Shown here: positions 8,665 to 18,770 of the stretch, piece by piece
Position numbering within the stretch: position 1 is the stretch's first letter
Layout: every line of letters starts with the position of its first letter
Origin: Gammaproteobacteria bacterium
GTDB taxonomy: Bacteria > Pseudomonadota > Gammaproteobacteria > Ga0077536
DNA length: 64,000 bases
Reading direction: 5' to 3'
NCBI GenBank assembly: GCA_020845935.1
Contig: JADLEV010000039.1
Span: forward strand, 32,078-96,077
Made by a program: the position numbers and the translations under genes
The notes under the pieces: generated by a model
Seen by the model: only the letters and a program-made list of their open reading frames with translations
Database searches by the model: none
What the model was told of the DNA's origin: nothing

Positions 8665-10383
8665 CTACAGCCGGGCGCACTGCGCCAGGAAGCGTTTTTC
8701 GTTTTCCATCGAGCCGACGATCACCAGGCTGTCACCAGCCTGCAGGACCGTCTGTTCGCCGGGATGAATATCGAACACTTTGTCGCGACCAACGGCGACC
8801 AGGTGGCAGCCGCTGTCATCGAGCACTTTCAGTTTGTGTGCCGATCTACCGATCAATCCGGCCGGGGTTTCGATCCGGGACACGTTCAGTCCTTCGGCAA
8901 GCATCAGCACGTCGCCGCGCTCGAGATAATTGAAGATCGCGCTCGCGCCCATGTTGGCGTAGGACATCACGAAATCCGCTCCGGCGCGGTGCAGCGTGGA
9001 GACATTCCGTTCGTATGTCGCGCGGCTGATGACCTGGGCATCGGGACGCAGTTTGCGCACGTAGATGGTCAGGTAGATGTTGATGTCATCGTCGTGTGTG
9101 GTGACCAGTATCGCGGGGGCGTCCGCGATGCCGGCACGGTCCAGCACGCCCCGGTCGGTCGCGTTGCCCAGCACGAAGTGTTCTTCACCGAGTTGTCGAT
9201 CGGGATCCCTGTCGACCAGACAGTAATGCGCGCCGCGTTCCGCCAGGGCCTCCGCGGTCGCGCGCCCGACGCGCCCGGAACCCAGGATCAGAATGCGGCC
9301 CCGCGCGACATGGTAGATGCAGAACATCGCGTCGTAGCGTCGCACCTGTTCCATCGTGCCGGCCATGACCAGCACGGTGGCCTCATGGATTGGTAGCGTT
9401 GGCATCGCAATGGTGAAGGCGCCGCGCTCCCAGATACCGACCACACGCATGCCGACCAGTTGTTCTACCCGTGTCTCGGCCAGCGTCTTGCCGACCAACG
9501 GCGTGCCATAGGCGCTTGCCTCGGCGATGACGAGATCACCGAACTCGCCGATCACATGTGCCCGCGCATCGCCGCCCAGCGTGCGGCGTGCCAGCGCGCT
9601 CCCGAGCATGTCGCCGAGCATCAGCACGCGCGAACAACCGGCCAGTTCCAGCACCTCGATCGCGTCCGCATCGCGGACCGTCGCCACAATGCGCACCGAG
9701 GGTGCGATTTCGCGCACCGTGAACGCAATGTTCGTGTTGCCCATCTCGCCGCCGGTGGCGACCACCAGCGAGGCCTGCGCGATGCGGGCGTTGAGATAAG
9801 TGGCGGGATCGTCAGGCGCGCCGACGATGACCTGGTAACCGCGGCCGGTCAGGCTCAACGCGGCCTCCGGGTCACCGGCCAGCAGCACATACGGGTAGCC
9901 GTAGTTGTCCAGCTTCTCGACCAGGGATTTGGTCACCGGATCGAAGTTCGTGATGATCACGTGGCCGCTGACCCGCGCTGGCAGCACCCGGGGAACGCGC
10001 GCCCGGCTCTGGGCCTTCAGGAAAGGCACGTAGAAGAACTCGATGAACACGAAAGGCAGCACGACCAGCAGCGACACGATCCCGCTCAGCAGCACCACGA
10101 TGGAAAACATGCGCCCGGCATCACTGGTGAAGGTGATGTCGCCAAAACCCAGGGTGGACATGACCGTCAGCGTCCAGTAGACCCCGGTCAGCCAGCTGTG
10201 TTGCTGTCCCTCCAGTGTCATCAGTACGTGGAACAGCACGCTGTAAACCACGATCAACGCCAACAGAAAGGCGAGGTAGGTCAACAGCAGCCGGAAGTTT
10301 TGGCTGTTGCCATCCCCGCGTTGCACAGCGGCCAGCATCGAGGCGAGATATTTCATCGATCTTTGATGGTGGTCGCGCGGCAC
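8665..10383 (-). CDS. Two-TM potassium channel with tandem RCK (TrkA-N/TrkA-C) domains
   Basis: Pore/selectivity filter YWTLTVMSTLGFGDITF. Two Rossmann-like RCK units (GHVIITNFDPV..., RILILGSGRVGRATAEALAERG...). GTG start at 10383; an alternative ATG lies at 10356. Confidence 0.85.
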   Translation of the reverse strand: MPRDHHQRSMKYLASMLAAVQRGDGNSQNFRLLLTYLAFLLALIVVYSVLFHVLMTLEGQQHSWLTGVYWTLTVMSTLGFGDITFTSDAGRMFSIVVLLSGIVSLLVVLPFVFIEFFYVPFLKAQSRARVPRVLPARVSGHVIITNFDPVTKSLVEKLDNYGYPYVLLAGDPEAALSLTGRGYQVIVGAPDDPATYLNARIAQASLVVATGGEMGNTNIAFTVREIAPSVRIVATVRDADAIEVLELAGCSRVLMLGDMLGSALARRTLGGDARAHVIGEFGDLVIAEASAYGTPLVGKTLAETRVEQLVGMRVVGIWERGAFTIAMPTLPIHEATVLVMAGTMEQVRRYDAMFCIYHVARGRILILGSGRVGRATAEALAERGAHYCLVDRDPDRQLGEEHFVLGNATDRGVLDRAGIADAPAILVTTHDDDINIYLTIYVRKLRPDAQVISRATYERNVSTLHRAGADFVMSYANMGASAIFNYLERGDVLMLAEGLNVSRIETPAGLIGRSAHKLKVLDDSGCHLVAVGRDKVFDIHPGEQTVLQAGDSLVIVGSMENEKRFLAQCARL

Positions 10384-10464
10384 CGAGCGTGCGGGCCTGT
10401 TATTCTACGCGCCCAGTTCCATGCCCGGCCAGCATGCATGCCGCTGGCTGCAAGATCGGAAGAC

Positions 10465-10932
10465 ATGCGGTTCACAGACTTGATTGCGACGACCGACCAG
10501 GTCGTCATTAACCTCCAGGCGCGCGATCGCTGGCAGGCGATCGAAGAGTTGATCGCCATACTCGCCAGCGCCGGCCGAATCGCATCGGAACACGCCGACG
10601 CGATCGCCGGCGCGGTGCGGGAACGCGAACAGGCGATGAGTACCGGGATCGGTCATGGCATCGCGCTGCCGCATGCCGCCAGCCCGCTGGTGGAGCAGAC
10701 GCAGGCCGCGCTCGGCATCGCCCGGCATGACATCGATTTCGATGCGCTTGACCGCGCGCCGGTCCACCTGGTGCTGCTGCTGGTGGCGCCGCAGAATCAG
10801 TTCCAGTCGCACCTCGATACCCTTTCCGATATCGCGCGAATCCTGAACGATGCCACGACGCGGAAGCGGCTGTGCGCGGCGGGCAGCGCCGCTGAGGTGC
10901 TGGAGATTCTTCGCGACAACGAACGGGCCTAG
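10465..10932 (+). CDS. Stand-alone PTS EIIA type-2 (PtsN/EIIA-Ntr-like) protein
   Basis: REREQAMSTGIGHGIALPHA (phospho-His motif of EIIA-2), 155 aa. The track ORF 9460..10932 is an artefactual N-terminal extension antisense to the channel gene. Confidence 0.8.
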   Translation: MRFTDLIATTDQVVINLQARDRWQAIEELIAILASAGRIASEHADAIAGAVREREQAMSTGIGHGIALPHAASPLVEQTQAALGIARHDIDFDALDRAPVHLVLLLVAPQNQFQSHLDTLSDIARILNDATTRKRLCAAGSAAEVLEILRDNERA

Positions 10933-10984
10933 CCCATCACCGCGGGCCGTATCGAACCGATGACCAATCGCAAGGGGGCAACTA

Positions 10985-12901
10985 TTGGCTAACCGCTACG
11001 ACGCCGCGGACATCGAAGTGCTGACCGGCCTTGAGCCGGTGCGCAAGCGGCCAGGCATGTACACCGACACCAGCCGGCCGAATCATCTGATCCAGGAAGT
11101 CGTCGACAACAGCGTCGATGAGGCAATCGCGGGGCACGCCCGCCGGGTCGAGGTGACACTGCACCGGGATGAATCGATCACGGTGGTCGATGACGGCCGT
11201 GGCATGCCGGTCGATATCCATCCGGAAGAAAAGGTGCCGGGCGTCGAGGTCATCCTGACCCGCCTGCATGCCGGCGGCAAATTCTCGGACAAGAATTACA
11301 AGTTCTCCGGTGGCCTGCATGGTGTTGGCGTCTCGGTCGTCAATGCGCTGTCGCAGAAGCTCGAAGTCACGGTGCGGCGCGGTGGTTGCGAGTACGGCAT
11401 GGAGTTCCGTGACGGTGAACGCACGCGCAAGCTGACCGAACTCGGCAAGGTCTCGAAGAACCAGACCGGCACCACGATCAGGTTCTGGCCGAATCCGAAG
11501 TACTTCGATACCACGCGCATCGCGGTGCCGAAACTGACACATCTGTTGCGGGCGAAGGCGGTGCTGTGCCCCGGCCTGCGCATGCGGTTGCGTGATGAAC
11601 AGGCCGACAGCGAGGACGAATGGTGCTATGAGGCCGGCATTCCGAGCTATCTACGCGAAGCGATGCCGGATGCGACGCTGCTGCCGGAAGAGCCTTTCTG
11701 CGGCAGCATGGAGGGAACCACCGAGGCGGTCGAATGGGCTGTGCACTGGGTACCGGACGGCAGCGAACTGGTCACCGAGAGTTACGTCAACCTGGTCCCG
11801 ACGGTGCAGGGCGGCACGCACGTCAATGGTCTGCGTTACGGCTTGCTCGAAGCAATCCGCGAGTTCTGCGACAACCGCAATCTGTTGCCGCGCGGCCTGA
11901 AGCTGGTCGCCGAGGATGTCTGGGAGCGCTGCGCCTATCTGTTGTCGGTGAAGGTACAGGAGCCGCAATTCTCCGGTCAGACCAAGGAGCGGTTGTCGTC
12001 GCGAACCTGCGCCACGTTCGTCTCCGGTGTCGTCCGCGATGCGTTGAGCCTGTGGCTGCATCAGCATGTCGATACCGGCGAACGCATCGTCGCGCTGGTG
12101 ATCGAAAGTGCGCAGCGCCGGACCAAGGCGGCGAAACAGGTGGTGCGGAAAAAGACGGTCGGCGGTCCGGCCTTGCCCGGCAAGCTGGCCGATTGCACGC
12201 AGCAGGATCTGGCGCTGACCGAATTGTTCCTGGTCGAGGGCGATTCCGCCGGCGGCTCGGCGAAGCAGGCGCGCGATCGCGATATTCAGGCGGTGCTGCC
12301 GCTGCGCGGCAAGATCCAGAACACCTGGGAGATCGAATCGGCGCAGGTACTGGCATCGCAGACCGTGCATGACGTCGCCGTGGCGATCGGCGTCGATCCG
12401 GGTTCGAGCGATATCAGCGGTCTGCGCTACGGCAAGATCTGCATCCTCGCCGATGCCGACTCGGACGGTGCCCACATCGCGACCTTGCTGTGCGCGCTGT
12501 TCCTGCGGCACTACCGGCCGTTGGTCGAGGCGGGGCACATCTTCGTCGCCATGCCACCGCTATTTCGCATCGATATCGGCAAGTCGGTTTATTACGCGCT
12601 CGACGAAGAGGAAAAGACCGGCATCCTCGACCGTATCGCCGCCGAGCGGCTGTCGGGCAAGGTCAACATCCAGCGCTTCAAGGGCCTCGGCGAAATGAAT
12701 CCGCCGCAACTGCGCGAGACGACGATGGCGGTCGAAACGCGGCGGTTGGTACAGCTCACCATCGACGAAGTGGAACAGACCAACGGCATGCTGGACATGC
12801 TGCTGGCGCGCAAGCGCGCCAGCGATCGCAAGGAGTGGCTCGAAACAAAAGGCAATCTCGCCGCGGTGCAGGAGCTGGCGGTGATGCCGGCGGAAGAATA
12901 G
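10985..12901 (+). CDS. parE: DNA topoisomerase IV subunit B
   Basis: YDAADIEVLTGLEPVRKRPGMYTD, PGKLADC, EGDSAGGSAKQARDR. The 638 aa length is ParE size rather than GyrB. It is followed by parC. TTG start. Confidence 0.92.
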   Translation: MANRYDAADIEVLTGLEPVRKRPGMYTDTSRPNHLIQEVVDNSVDEAIAGHARRVEVTLHRDESITVVDDGRGMPVDIHPEEKVPGVEVILTRLHAGGKFSDKNYKFSGGLHGVGVSVVNALSQKLEVTVRRGGCEYGMEFRDGERTRKLTELGKVSKNQTGTTIRFWPNPKYFDTTRIAVPKLTHLLRAKAVLCPGLRMRLRDEQADSEDEWCYEAGIPSYLREAMPDATLLPEEPFCGSMEGTTEAVEWAVHWVPDGSELVTESYVNLVPTVQGGTHVNGLRYGLLEAIREFCDNRNLLPRGLKLVAEDVWERCAYLLSVKVQEPQFSGQTKERLSSRTCATFVSGVVRDALSLWLHQHVDTGERIVALVIESAQRRTKAAKQVVRKKTVGGPALPGKLADCTQQDLALTELFLVEGDSAGGSAKQARDRDIQAVLPLRGKIQNTWEIESAQVLASQTVHDVAVAIGVDPGSSDISGLRYGKICILADADSDGAHIATLLCALFLRHYRPLVEAGHIFVAMPPLFRIDIGKSVYYALDEEEKTGILDRIAAERLSGKVNIQRFKGLGEMNPPQLRETTMAVETRRLVQLTIDEVEQTNGMLDMLLARKRASDRKEWLETKGNLAAVQELAVMPAEE

Positions 12902-12916
12902 CTGGAGTTCATCGAC

Positions 12917-15178
12917 ATGGCCGTGACCATCGACAGCGGCACCGAACGCCGCGCACTGCGTGACTTCACCGAACAGGCGTACCTCGATTATTCGATGTAC
13001 GTGATCCTCGATCGCGCGTTGCCGTTCATCGGCGATGGCCTGAAACCGGTGCAGCGCCGGATCCTGTACGCGATGTCCGAACTGAGCCTCGGCGCCAACG
13101 CCAAGTTCAAGAAGTCGGCGCGCACGGTCGGTGATGTCATCGGCAAATATCACCCGCATGGCGACGCCGCCTGCTACGAGGCGATGGTGCTGATGGCGCA
13201 GTCGTTCAGCTATCGCTATCCACTGATCGACGGCCAGGGCAACTGGGGTTCGATGGACGACCCGAAGTCGTTCGCCGCGATGCGCTACACCGAAGCGCGA
13301 CTGTCGCGGCATGCGGCGCTGCTGTTGTCCGAACTGGAACAGGGCACGGTCGCTTGGGTCAACAATTTTGACGGCACCCTGCACGAACCGGCGCGGCTGC
13401 CGGCGCGGCTGCCATTCGTGCTGTTGAACGGCACGATGGGGATCGCGGTCGGCATGGCGACCGACATCCCGCCGCACAATCTGCGCGAAGTCGCGAGCGC
13501 CTGCATTCATCTGCTGGAGAACCCGAAGGCAACGGTCGAGGACCTGTGCCAGCACCTGCGCGGTCCGGACTTTCCGACCGGCGCCGAAATCATCACGCCG
13601 GTGCGGGACCTGATGCAGATCTACGCGACCGGACAGGGTGGCTTTCGCGCTCGTGCCATTTACGAGCACGAAGGCGATCGCATCATCATCAACGCGCTGC
13701 CGTACCAGAGTTCGCCGGCCCGCATCATGGAGCAAATCGCCGAGCAGATGCAGGCGAAGAAGCTGCCGATGGTGGAGGACCTGCGCGACGAATCCGATCA
13801 CGAAAACCCGACCCGCCTGGTACTCGCGCTGCGCTCCAACCGCGTCGACGCCGAGCAGTTGCTGAATCATCTATTCGCGACGACCGACCTGGAGCGCAGC
13901 TATCGCGTCAACATCAACGTCATCGGCATCGATGGTCGGCCGCGTGTCAAGGACCTGCGCACGCTGCTCGGCGAGTGGCTGGCCTATCGCTTGACGACGG
14001 TGCGCCGCCGCTTGCAGCACCGGCTGGACAAGGTGGCCGCGCGGCTGGAGGTGCTGGCCGGCTATCTCATCGCCTACCTGAACATCGACCAGGTCATCGC
14101 CATCATCCGCAACGAGGACGAGCCGAAGGCGGAGTTGATGCGCCGCTTTGCGCTGAGCGAAATCCAGGCCGATGCGATCCTCGATCTGCGGCTGCGCCAC
14201 CTCGCGAAGCTCGAAGAGATGAAGATCCGCGGCGAGCAGAATGAACTCGAAGCGGAGCGCGATCAGTTGCAGCAGACGCTAGGTTCCGAGCGGCGCTTGA
14301 AAACGCTGGTGCGCGATGAAATCACGCAGGATGCGGAGCGTTATGGCGATGAGCGGCGCACGAAGCTGGTCGAGCGTGAAGCGGCGCGCGAACTCGAAGT
14401 GGGTGTCTTGACACCGGCCGATCCGGTGACGGTGGTGTTGTCGCAGAAGGGCTGGGTACGCGCGGCGAAGGGCCATGATCTCGAACCGCGCGAATTGAGC
14501 TTTCGCACCGGCGATGGCTTCCTGCATGCCTGTCGCGGCAAGAGCAATCAAGCGGCCGTATTTGTCGATGCGTCCGGTCGATGCTACACGCTGCCGGCGC
14601 ACAAGCTGCCCTCGGCGCGCGGCCTCGGCGAACCGCTGTCGGGCCAGTTGTCACCACCCGATGGCACCGTCTTTGTTGGCGTCGCGATCGGCGATGGCGA
14701 GCAACTGGTCCTGCTTGGCTCCGATGCCGGCTATGGCTTCATTGCGAAGCTCGACGATTTGTTTTCGCGCGGCAAGGCGGGCAAGGCCGCGGTGAGCGTG
14801 CCGGCTGGCGCGCTCGCGCTCGCGCCGATTGTGCTGCCGGGTCTCGACAGCCACCGCATCGCCGTCGCCGCGAGCTCCGGCCGCTTGCTGGTCTTCGCCG
14901 CCAGTGACTTGCCGACGTTGGCGAAGGGCAAGGGCGTCAAGACGCTGCACATCCCGACGGCACGCAGCCGGGATCGCGAGGAGTTCGTCATCGGTCAGGC
15001 CGTGCTCGGCCCGCGCACGTCATTGCGCGTGCATTCCGGCAACCGCTATCTGACCTTGAAACCGGCCGATCTCGAACACTTCCAGGCCGAACGCGGCAAG
15101 CGCGGCATGAAACTGCCACGCGGCTTCCAGCGCGTCGAACGGCTCGAAGCGATCGAACCGGAGAACGGGACGCGGTGA
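12917..15178 (+). CDS. parC: DNA topoisomerase IV subunit A
   Basis: [29 protein letters not shown], active-site region [10 protein letters not shown], 753 aa. Confidence 0.92.
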   Translation: MAVTIDSGTERRALRDFTEQAYLDYSMYVILDRALPFIGDGLKPVQRRILYAMSELSLGANAKFKKSARTVGDVIGKYHPHGDAACYEAMVLMAQSFSYRYPLIDGQGNWGSMDDPKSFAAMRYTEARLSRHAALLLSELEQGTVAWVNNFDGTLHEPARLPARLPFVLLNGTMGIAVGMATDIPPHNLREVASACIHLLENPKATVEDLCQHLRGPDFPTGAEIITPVRDLMQIYATGQGGFRARAIYEHEGDRIIINALPYQSSPARIMEQIAEQMQAKKLPMVEDLRDESDHENPTRLVLALRSNRVDAEQLLNHLFATTDLERSYRVNINVIGIDGRPRVKDLRTLLGEWLAYRLTTVRRRLQHRLDKVAARLEVLAGYLIAYLNIDQVIAIIRNEDEPKAELMRRFALSEIQADAILDLRLRHLAKLEEMKIRGEQNELEAERDQLQQTLGSERRLKTLVRDEITQDAERYGDERRTKLVEREAARELEVGVLTPADPVTVVLSQKGWVRAAKGHDLEPRELSFRTGDGFLHACRGKSNQAAVFVDASGRCYTLPAHKLPSARGLGEPLSGQLSPPDGTVFVGVAIGDGEQLVLLGSDAGYGFIAKLDDLFSRGKAGKAAVSVPAGALALAPIVLPGLDSHRIAVAASSGRLLVFAASDLPTLAKGKGVKTLHIPTARSRDREEFVIGQAVLGPRTSLRVHSGNRYLTLKPADLEHFQAERGKRGMKLPRGFQRVERLEAIEPENGTR

Positions 15179-15378
15179 GTCGTGGCGTCACCGTCTCGAT
15201 GACAGTCATCGGCCCCGTCGCTCCGGCGACGGCCGGTGGCAGGCGGCTGACCAAGCTCCAGACGGGCTTGCCAGCGGCGATGGTGACCTTGCCGTCTCCC
15301 ACAGCACCCGCGCCTCGTTGGCATCGATAGGGCCAGAGCTTCCGCACTCAGCACCGCAGCGCTTGCTGCGGTGGTCCC

Positions 15379-15407
15379 GAAAAAAAAGAGCCGGGACAAG
15401 CCCGGCT
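15379..15407 (-). terminator. Rho-independent terminator (minus strand)
   Basis: Minus strand reads GAGCCGGG-CTTGT-CCCGGCTC followed by TTTTTTTT. A second hairpin, CACCGCAGC-N4-GCTGCGGTG, lies at 15350-15371. Confidence 0.75.
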
Positions 15408-15603
15408 CAGGAATTTGAACGGACCAGAGGAGGGGAGGGTATCCGTTCGGAATCAGGTAGCGGCAGGAACTCTGGCGGCTTTAGGGACGCTCAGCGATCA
15501 ACAGAGATGTTGCCTGCCAGGACTCGAGACCCGACCCGTAATGCCGCGTTGCCACCGATTGTTGCCGTGATGCCATGCCAAGGACGGCATGGAACCCACG
15601 CCG
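15408..15603 (-). ncRNA. Candidate small RNA or structured 3'UTR of epmB (hypothetical)
   Basis: A 196-nt interval between the epmB stop (15604) and the terminator has no credible ORF. It contains the hairpin CCATGCC-N6-GGCATGG (15572-15591) and the C/U tract CCCTCCCCTCCTCTGG (complement of 15423-15438). I recognised no Rfam family. Confidence 0.25.
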
Positions 15604-16608
15604 CTACAGCGGAAGCTTTGAGCCGCGATTGGGCAACTCGCGGACGAAACGCGGCACCAGATAGCCCGGCAGGCGGTCGCGCAGTTCCTGTTCCAGCGTG
15701 CGCGCGGTGGCGTCATCGACATCGAAATGAGCCGCACCGCGGACGCGATCGAGCAGGTGCAGGTAATATGGCAGGATGCCGCAGGCATAAACCTGCTCGC
15801 TGAGCGCGGCCAGCGCATCGACGCGATCGTTAATCTCGCGCAACAATACCGACTGATTCAGCAGGCTCGCGCCGGTTCGCCGTAGCGCCACCGCGGCCGC
15901 CGCGACGTCGGCATCGATCTCGTTGGCATGGTTGATGTGCAGCACGATCGCGACCGGCTTTGGCAGTGCGGCAAGGAGTTCACACAGCGCATCATTGACC
16001 CGGGCCGGCAGCACGACCGGCAGGCGGGTGTGGAGGCGCAGCCGCTTGACCTGGTCGATGGCTGCGAGTGCCTGGAGCAACCGGGTGAGCTGCGCGTCGG
16101 TGAGCATCAACGGATCGCCGCCGCTGAGGATTACCTCGGTGCAATCGGACTGGGCCGCAATGTGATAGAGCACTGCCCGCCAGTCGTCGCGTGCCGGATT
16201 GAATCGGGTATACGGGTAATGGCGGCGAAAGCAATAGCGGCAGTGGATCGCACAGGCTCCGGTCGTGGTCAGCAGCATCCGGCCCGCGTACTTGTCGAGC
16301 AGCCCGGGTACGGCCTGACACGACGTCTCACCGAGCGGGTCGGTCGAGTACCGCGCGTCGTCAATCAGTTCCGCGGCACGCGGCAGGACCTGCAATAACA
16401 AAGGGTCGTTGGGTACGTGCGGGCGCATCCGCCGCGCGAATGGCCGCGGGACGAGGCAGCGGAACGATTTCGCCGCGTCCGCAGACCAGCCAACCGCTTC
16501 GGGAGCAAGGCCCAGATAACGCAGTAGCGAGAGTCCATCGCGAAACGCGAGAGTGAGTTCATCTCGCCAGTCCTCCGCCTGTGTGGCCGGGGCGAATCGC
16601 GATATCAT
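15604..16608 (-). CDS. epmB: EF-P beta-lysylation protein EpmB (lysine 2,3-aminomutase, radical SAM)
   Basis: Radical-SAM motif [11 protein letters not shown], KamA-family layout, divergent from efp. Confidence 0.88.
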   Translation of the reverse strand: MISRFAPATQAEDWRDELTLAFRDGLSLLRYLGLAPEAVGWSADAAKSFRCLVPRPFARRMRPHVPNDPLLLQVLPRAAELIDDARYSTDPLGETSCQAVPGLLDKYAGRMLLTTTGACAIHCRYCFRRHYPYTRFNPARDDWRAVLYHIAAQSDCTEVILSGGDPLMLTDAQLTRLLQALAAIDQVKRLRLHTRLPVVLPARVNDALCELLAALPKPVAIVLHINHANEIDADVAAAAVALRRTGASLLNQSVLLREINDRVDALAALSEQVYACGILPYYLHLLDRVRGAAHFDVDDATARTLEQELRDRLPGYLVPRFVRELPNRGSKLPL

Positions 16609-16641
16609 TGCCCACCTTTTTTCCGCGGGACGCTTTCAGGC

Positions 16642-17205
16642 ATGGCGACTTATAGCACAAACCAGTTCAAGTCCGGACTCAAGATCATCATCGACAACGA
16701 CCCCTGGGCCGTCGTCGAAAACGAGTTCGTCAAACCGGGCAAGGGCCAGGCATTCAACCGCGTCCGCATCCGCAATCTGTTGACTGGTCGCGTCATCGAG
16801 CGGACCTTCAAGTCGGGCGATACCGTCGAAGGCGCCGACATCGTCGAAATCGAACTGCAATACCTGTACAACGACGGCGAGTATTGGCACTTCATGAACC
16901 CAACCTCATTCGAGCAGATTCAGGTTGGTCCGGAGGTGATGGATGATGCGGCGAAATGGCTGATCGGACAGGAGACCTGCCAGCTGACGCTGTGGAACGA
17001 TCGGCCGATCGCGGTCGTGCCGCCGAACTTCGTCATTCTGAAGATCAAGGAAACCGACCCGGGCCTGCGCGGTGATACCGCGACCGGTGGCACCAAGCCG
17101 GCGATCATGGAAACCGGTGCGGTGGTCAAGGTGCCGTTGTTCGTCGAAAGCACCGATCGGCTCAAGATCGACACGCGCACCGGCGAGTACGTATCGCGCG
17201 CCTGA
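16642..17205 (+). CDS. efp: Elongation factor P
   Basis: [46 protein letters not shown], including the modifiable Lys loop PGKGQAF. Confidence 0.95.
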   Translation: MATYSTNQFKSGLKIIIDNDPWAVVENEFVKPGKGQAFNRVRIRNLLTGRVIERTFKSGDTVEGADIVEIELQYLYNDGEYWHFMNPTSFEQIQVGPEVMDDAAKWLIGQETCQLTLWNDRPIAVVPPNFVILKIKETDPGLRGDTATGGTKPAIMETGAVVKVPLFVESTDRLKIDTRTGEYVSRA

Positions 17206-17251
17206 TGCCCCTGCCGCCAGCGAATCGCGTGGCGGCTCGGCAGACGACGCG

Positions 17252-18250
17252 ATGACCGCGCACTCGCCAACCCAGCAGACGGACCTCTGGCGCCCCGGGG
17301 CGACGCTGGCGGCACTGCGGGCGCGCGCCGAGACGCTGCGCGCGATCCGTGCCTACTTTGACGCCGCGGGTGTGCTTGAAGTCGAGACCCCATTGCTCGC
17401 CCGGTTCAGCGTCACCGATCCGGCCATCGCTGCCGTTGCGGTTCCCCAGGCCGGGACGGACTCCGGCGCGGCTCGCGCGACCTGGTTCCTGCAAACGTCC
17501 CCCGAATATGCGATGAAGCGGCTGCTCGCCGCGGGCAGCGGCTCGATCTATCAGATCAGCAAGGCCTTTCGCTGTGGTGAATCCGGTCGTCGCCATGCGC
17601 TGGAGTTCACGTTGCTCGAATGGTATCGGCTCGGCTTCGACCAGCAGGCGCTGATGGACGATGTCGCGAACCTGCTGGCACATTTGACCGGTACGCGCAA
17701 TGCGATACGCCGGAGTTATCGCACGATGTTTCGCGACGGCACCGGCATCGATCCCGTGCATGCCAGCGACGCGGAATTGCGCGCCGCGGTGCAGCGCCTC
17801 GTCCCCGGTTGGGATCCGGACGCCCTCTACGACCGGGCCATCTGGCTGGACTTGATCTTCAGCCATGCGCTGGCGCCAACCCTGGGTCACGACGGGCCCG
17901 AGTTCATCTTCGACTATCCGCTGGCGCAGGCGGCGCTGGCGCGGCGCTCACCGGACGATGCCGACTGCGCGGCGCGATTCGAGCTGTTCGTCGGCGGCAT
18001 GGAAATCGCGAACGGGTATCATGAGCTGACCGATGCGGCGGAGCAGCGCGCCCGGTTTGCCGCCGACAACGCGCGGCGCCGGCAACTCGGTCTGCCGGAA
18101 CGGGACGCCGATCCGCGCCTGCTTGCCGCGCTCGATTACGGTCTGCCGGATTGTGCCGGAGTTGCGCTCGGCATCGATCGGTTGCTGCTGCTGTTGCAGG
18201 GCCGGCAGCGGCTGGAAGAAGTGATCGCCTTTGCCGGGGAACGTGCCTGA
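17252..18250 (+). CDS. epmA: EF-P--(R)-beta-lysine ligase EpmA (PoxA/GenX)
   Basis: Class II LysRS-like core: LEVETPLL, FLQTSPEYAMKRLLAAGSGSIYQISKAFRCGESGRRHALEFTLLEWY, GVALGIDRLLLL. I trimmed the start to the ATG at 17252. Confidence 0.88.
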   Translation: MTAHSPTQQTDLWRPGATLAALRARAETLRAIRAYFDAAGVLEVETPLLARFSVTDPAIAAVAVPQAGTDSGAARATWFLQTSPEYAMKRLLAAGSGSIYQISKAFRCGESGRRHALEFTLLEWYRLGFDQQALMDDVANLLAHLTGTRNAIRRSYRTMFRDGTGIDPVHASDAELRAAVQRLVPGWDPDALYDRAIWLDLIFSHALAPTLGHDGPEFIFDYPLAQAALARRSPDDADCAARFELFVGGMEIANGYHELTDAAEQRARFAADNARRRQLGLPERDADPRLLAALDYGLPDCAGVALGIDRLLLLLQGRQRLEEVIAFAGERA

Positions 18251-18256
18251 AGTGCC

Positions 18257-18730
18257 ATGAGTCTGTATGCCGTCGATAAACTGATCGCCGAAGCGCGCCG
18301 GCTCGCGGCCGACTATCGGCGGGCGACCGGCAAGACGCTGCCGATCAGCCAGGAGATTGCGATCAGCGATGCCATCCGCTTGCTTGGCCTCAGCCCGGCC
18401 CCGGCCGGCGCGGTGGGCTACGATGCGCTGCGCGACGATGGTGGCCGGCAGCCGTTGCACGTGCAGGTCAAGGGCCGCGTCATATTCGATACCCAAAAGG
18501 GTGGGCAACGCATCGGTCAGCTCGCGCTGGAGCGGGACTGGGACCTCACCGTGCTGGTCTTGCTGGACGACGATTACGAGCCGTTCGAGATCTATCAGGC
18601 CGATCGCGATGTGCTCGAAGAGGCATTGCACGACAAGGCAGAGAATCGCAAGGGCCAACTCTCGGTCAGCAAGTTCCAGAACATTGGCAGGTTGCTCTGG
18701 ACCCGGGCGCAAGGGCGCCATGTCGGCTGA
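18257..18730 (+). CDS. Small hypothetical protein with Mrr-cat-like (D...QxK) putative nuclease motif
   Basis: 157 aa, 6 nt after the epmA stop. GYDALRDDGGRQPLHVQVKGR resembles the GxD...(V/I)Q(V/C)K(G/R) core of Mrr-type PD-(D/E)xK domains. I cannot name a family. Confidence 0.5.
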   Translation: MSLYAVDKLIAEARRLAADYRRATGKTLPISQEIAISDAIRLLGLSPAPAGAVGYDALRDDGGRQPLHVQVKGRVIFDTQKGGQRIGQLALERDWDLTVLVLLDDDYEPFEIYQADRDVLEEALHDKAENRKGQLSVSKFQNIGRLLWTRAQGRHVG

Positions 18731-18770
18731 CCCGGCCGCGCGCGCGACCGGGTTTCCACGGGAACGCTAA

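Noticed and set aside
9460-10464. A 335-aa N-terminal extension of the EIIA-like ORF (track ORF 9460..10932)
   Set aside because: The extension is antisense to the K+ channel gene and has no protein-like features. The EIIA domain begins at the ATG at 10465 (MRFTDLI...).
12560-13870. A 436-aa minus-strand ORF across the parE/parC junction
   Set aside because: It is antisense to topoisomerase IV genes and is a shadow ORF. The same reasoning applies to 11651-12538, 27934-29352, 40360-41712, 46076-47317, 49178-50236, 54013-55086, 56654-57751, 59303-60979 and 61010-62170.
15318-15803. A plus-strand 161-aa ORF and the very strong SD-like GAGGAGGGGAGGG at 15426-15438
   Set aside because: No ATG, GTG or TTG lies at a suitable distance downstream of the SD-like tract, and the ORF overlaps epmB antisense. 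The tract is better explained as the complement of a C/U-rich RNA element on the minus strand.
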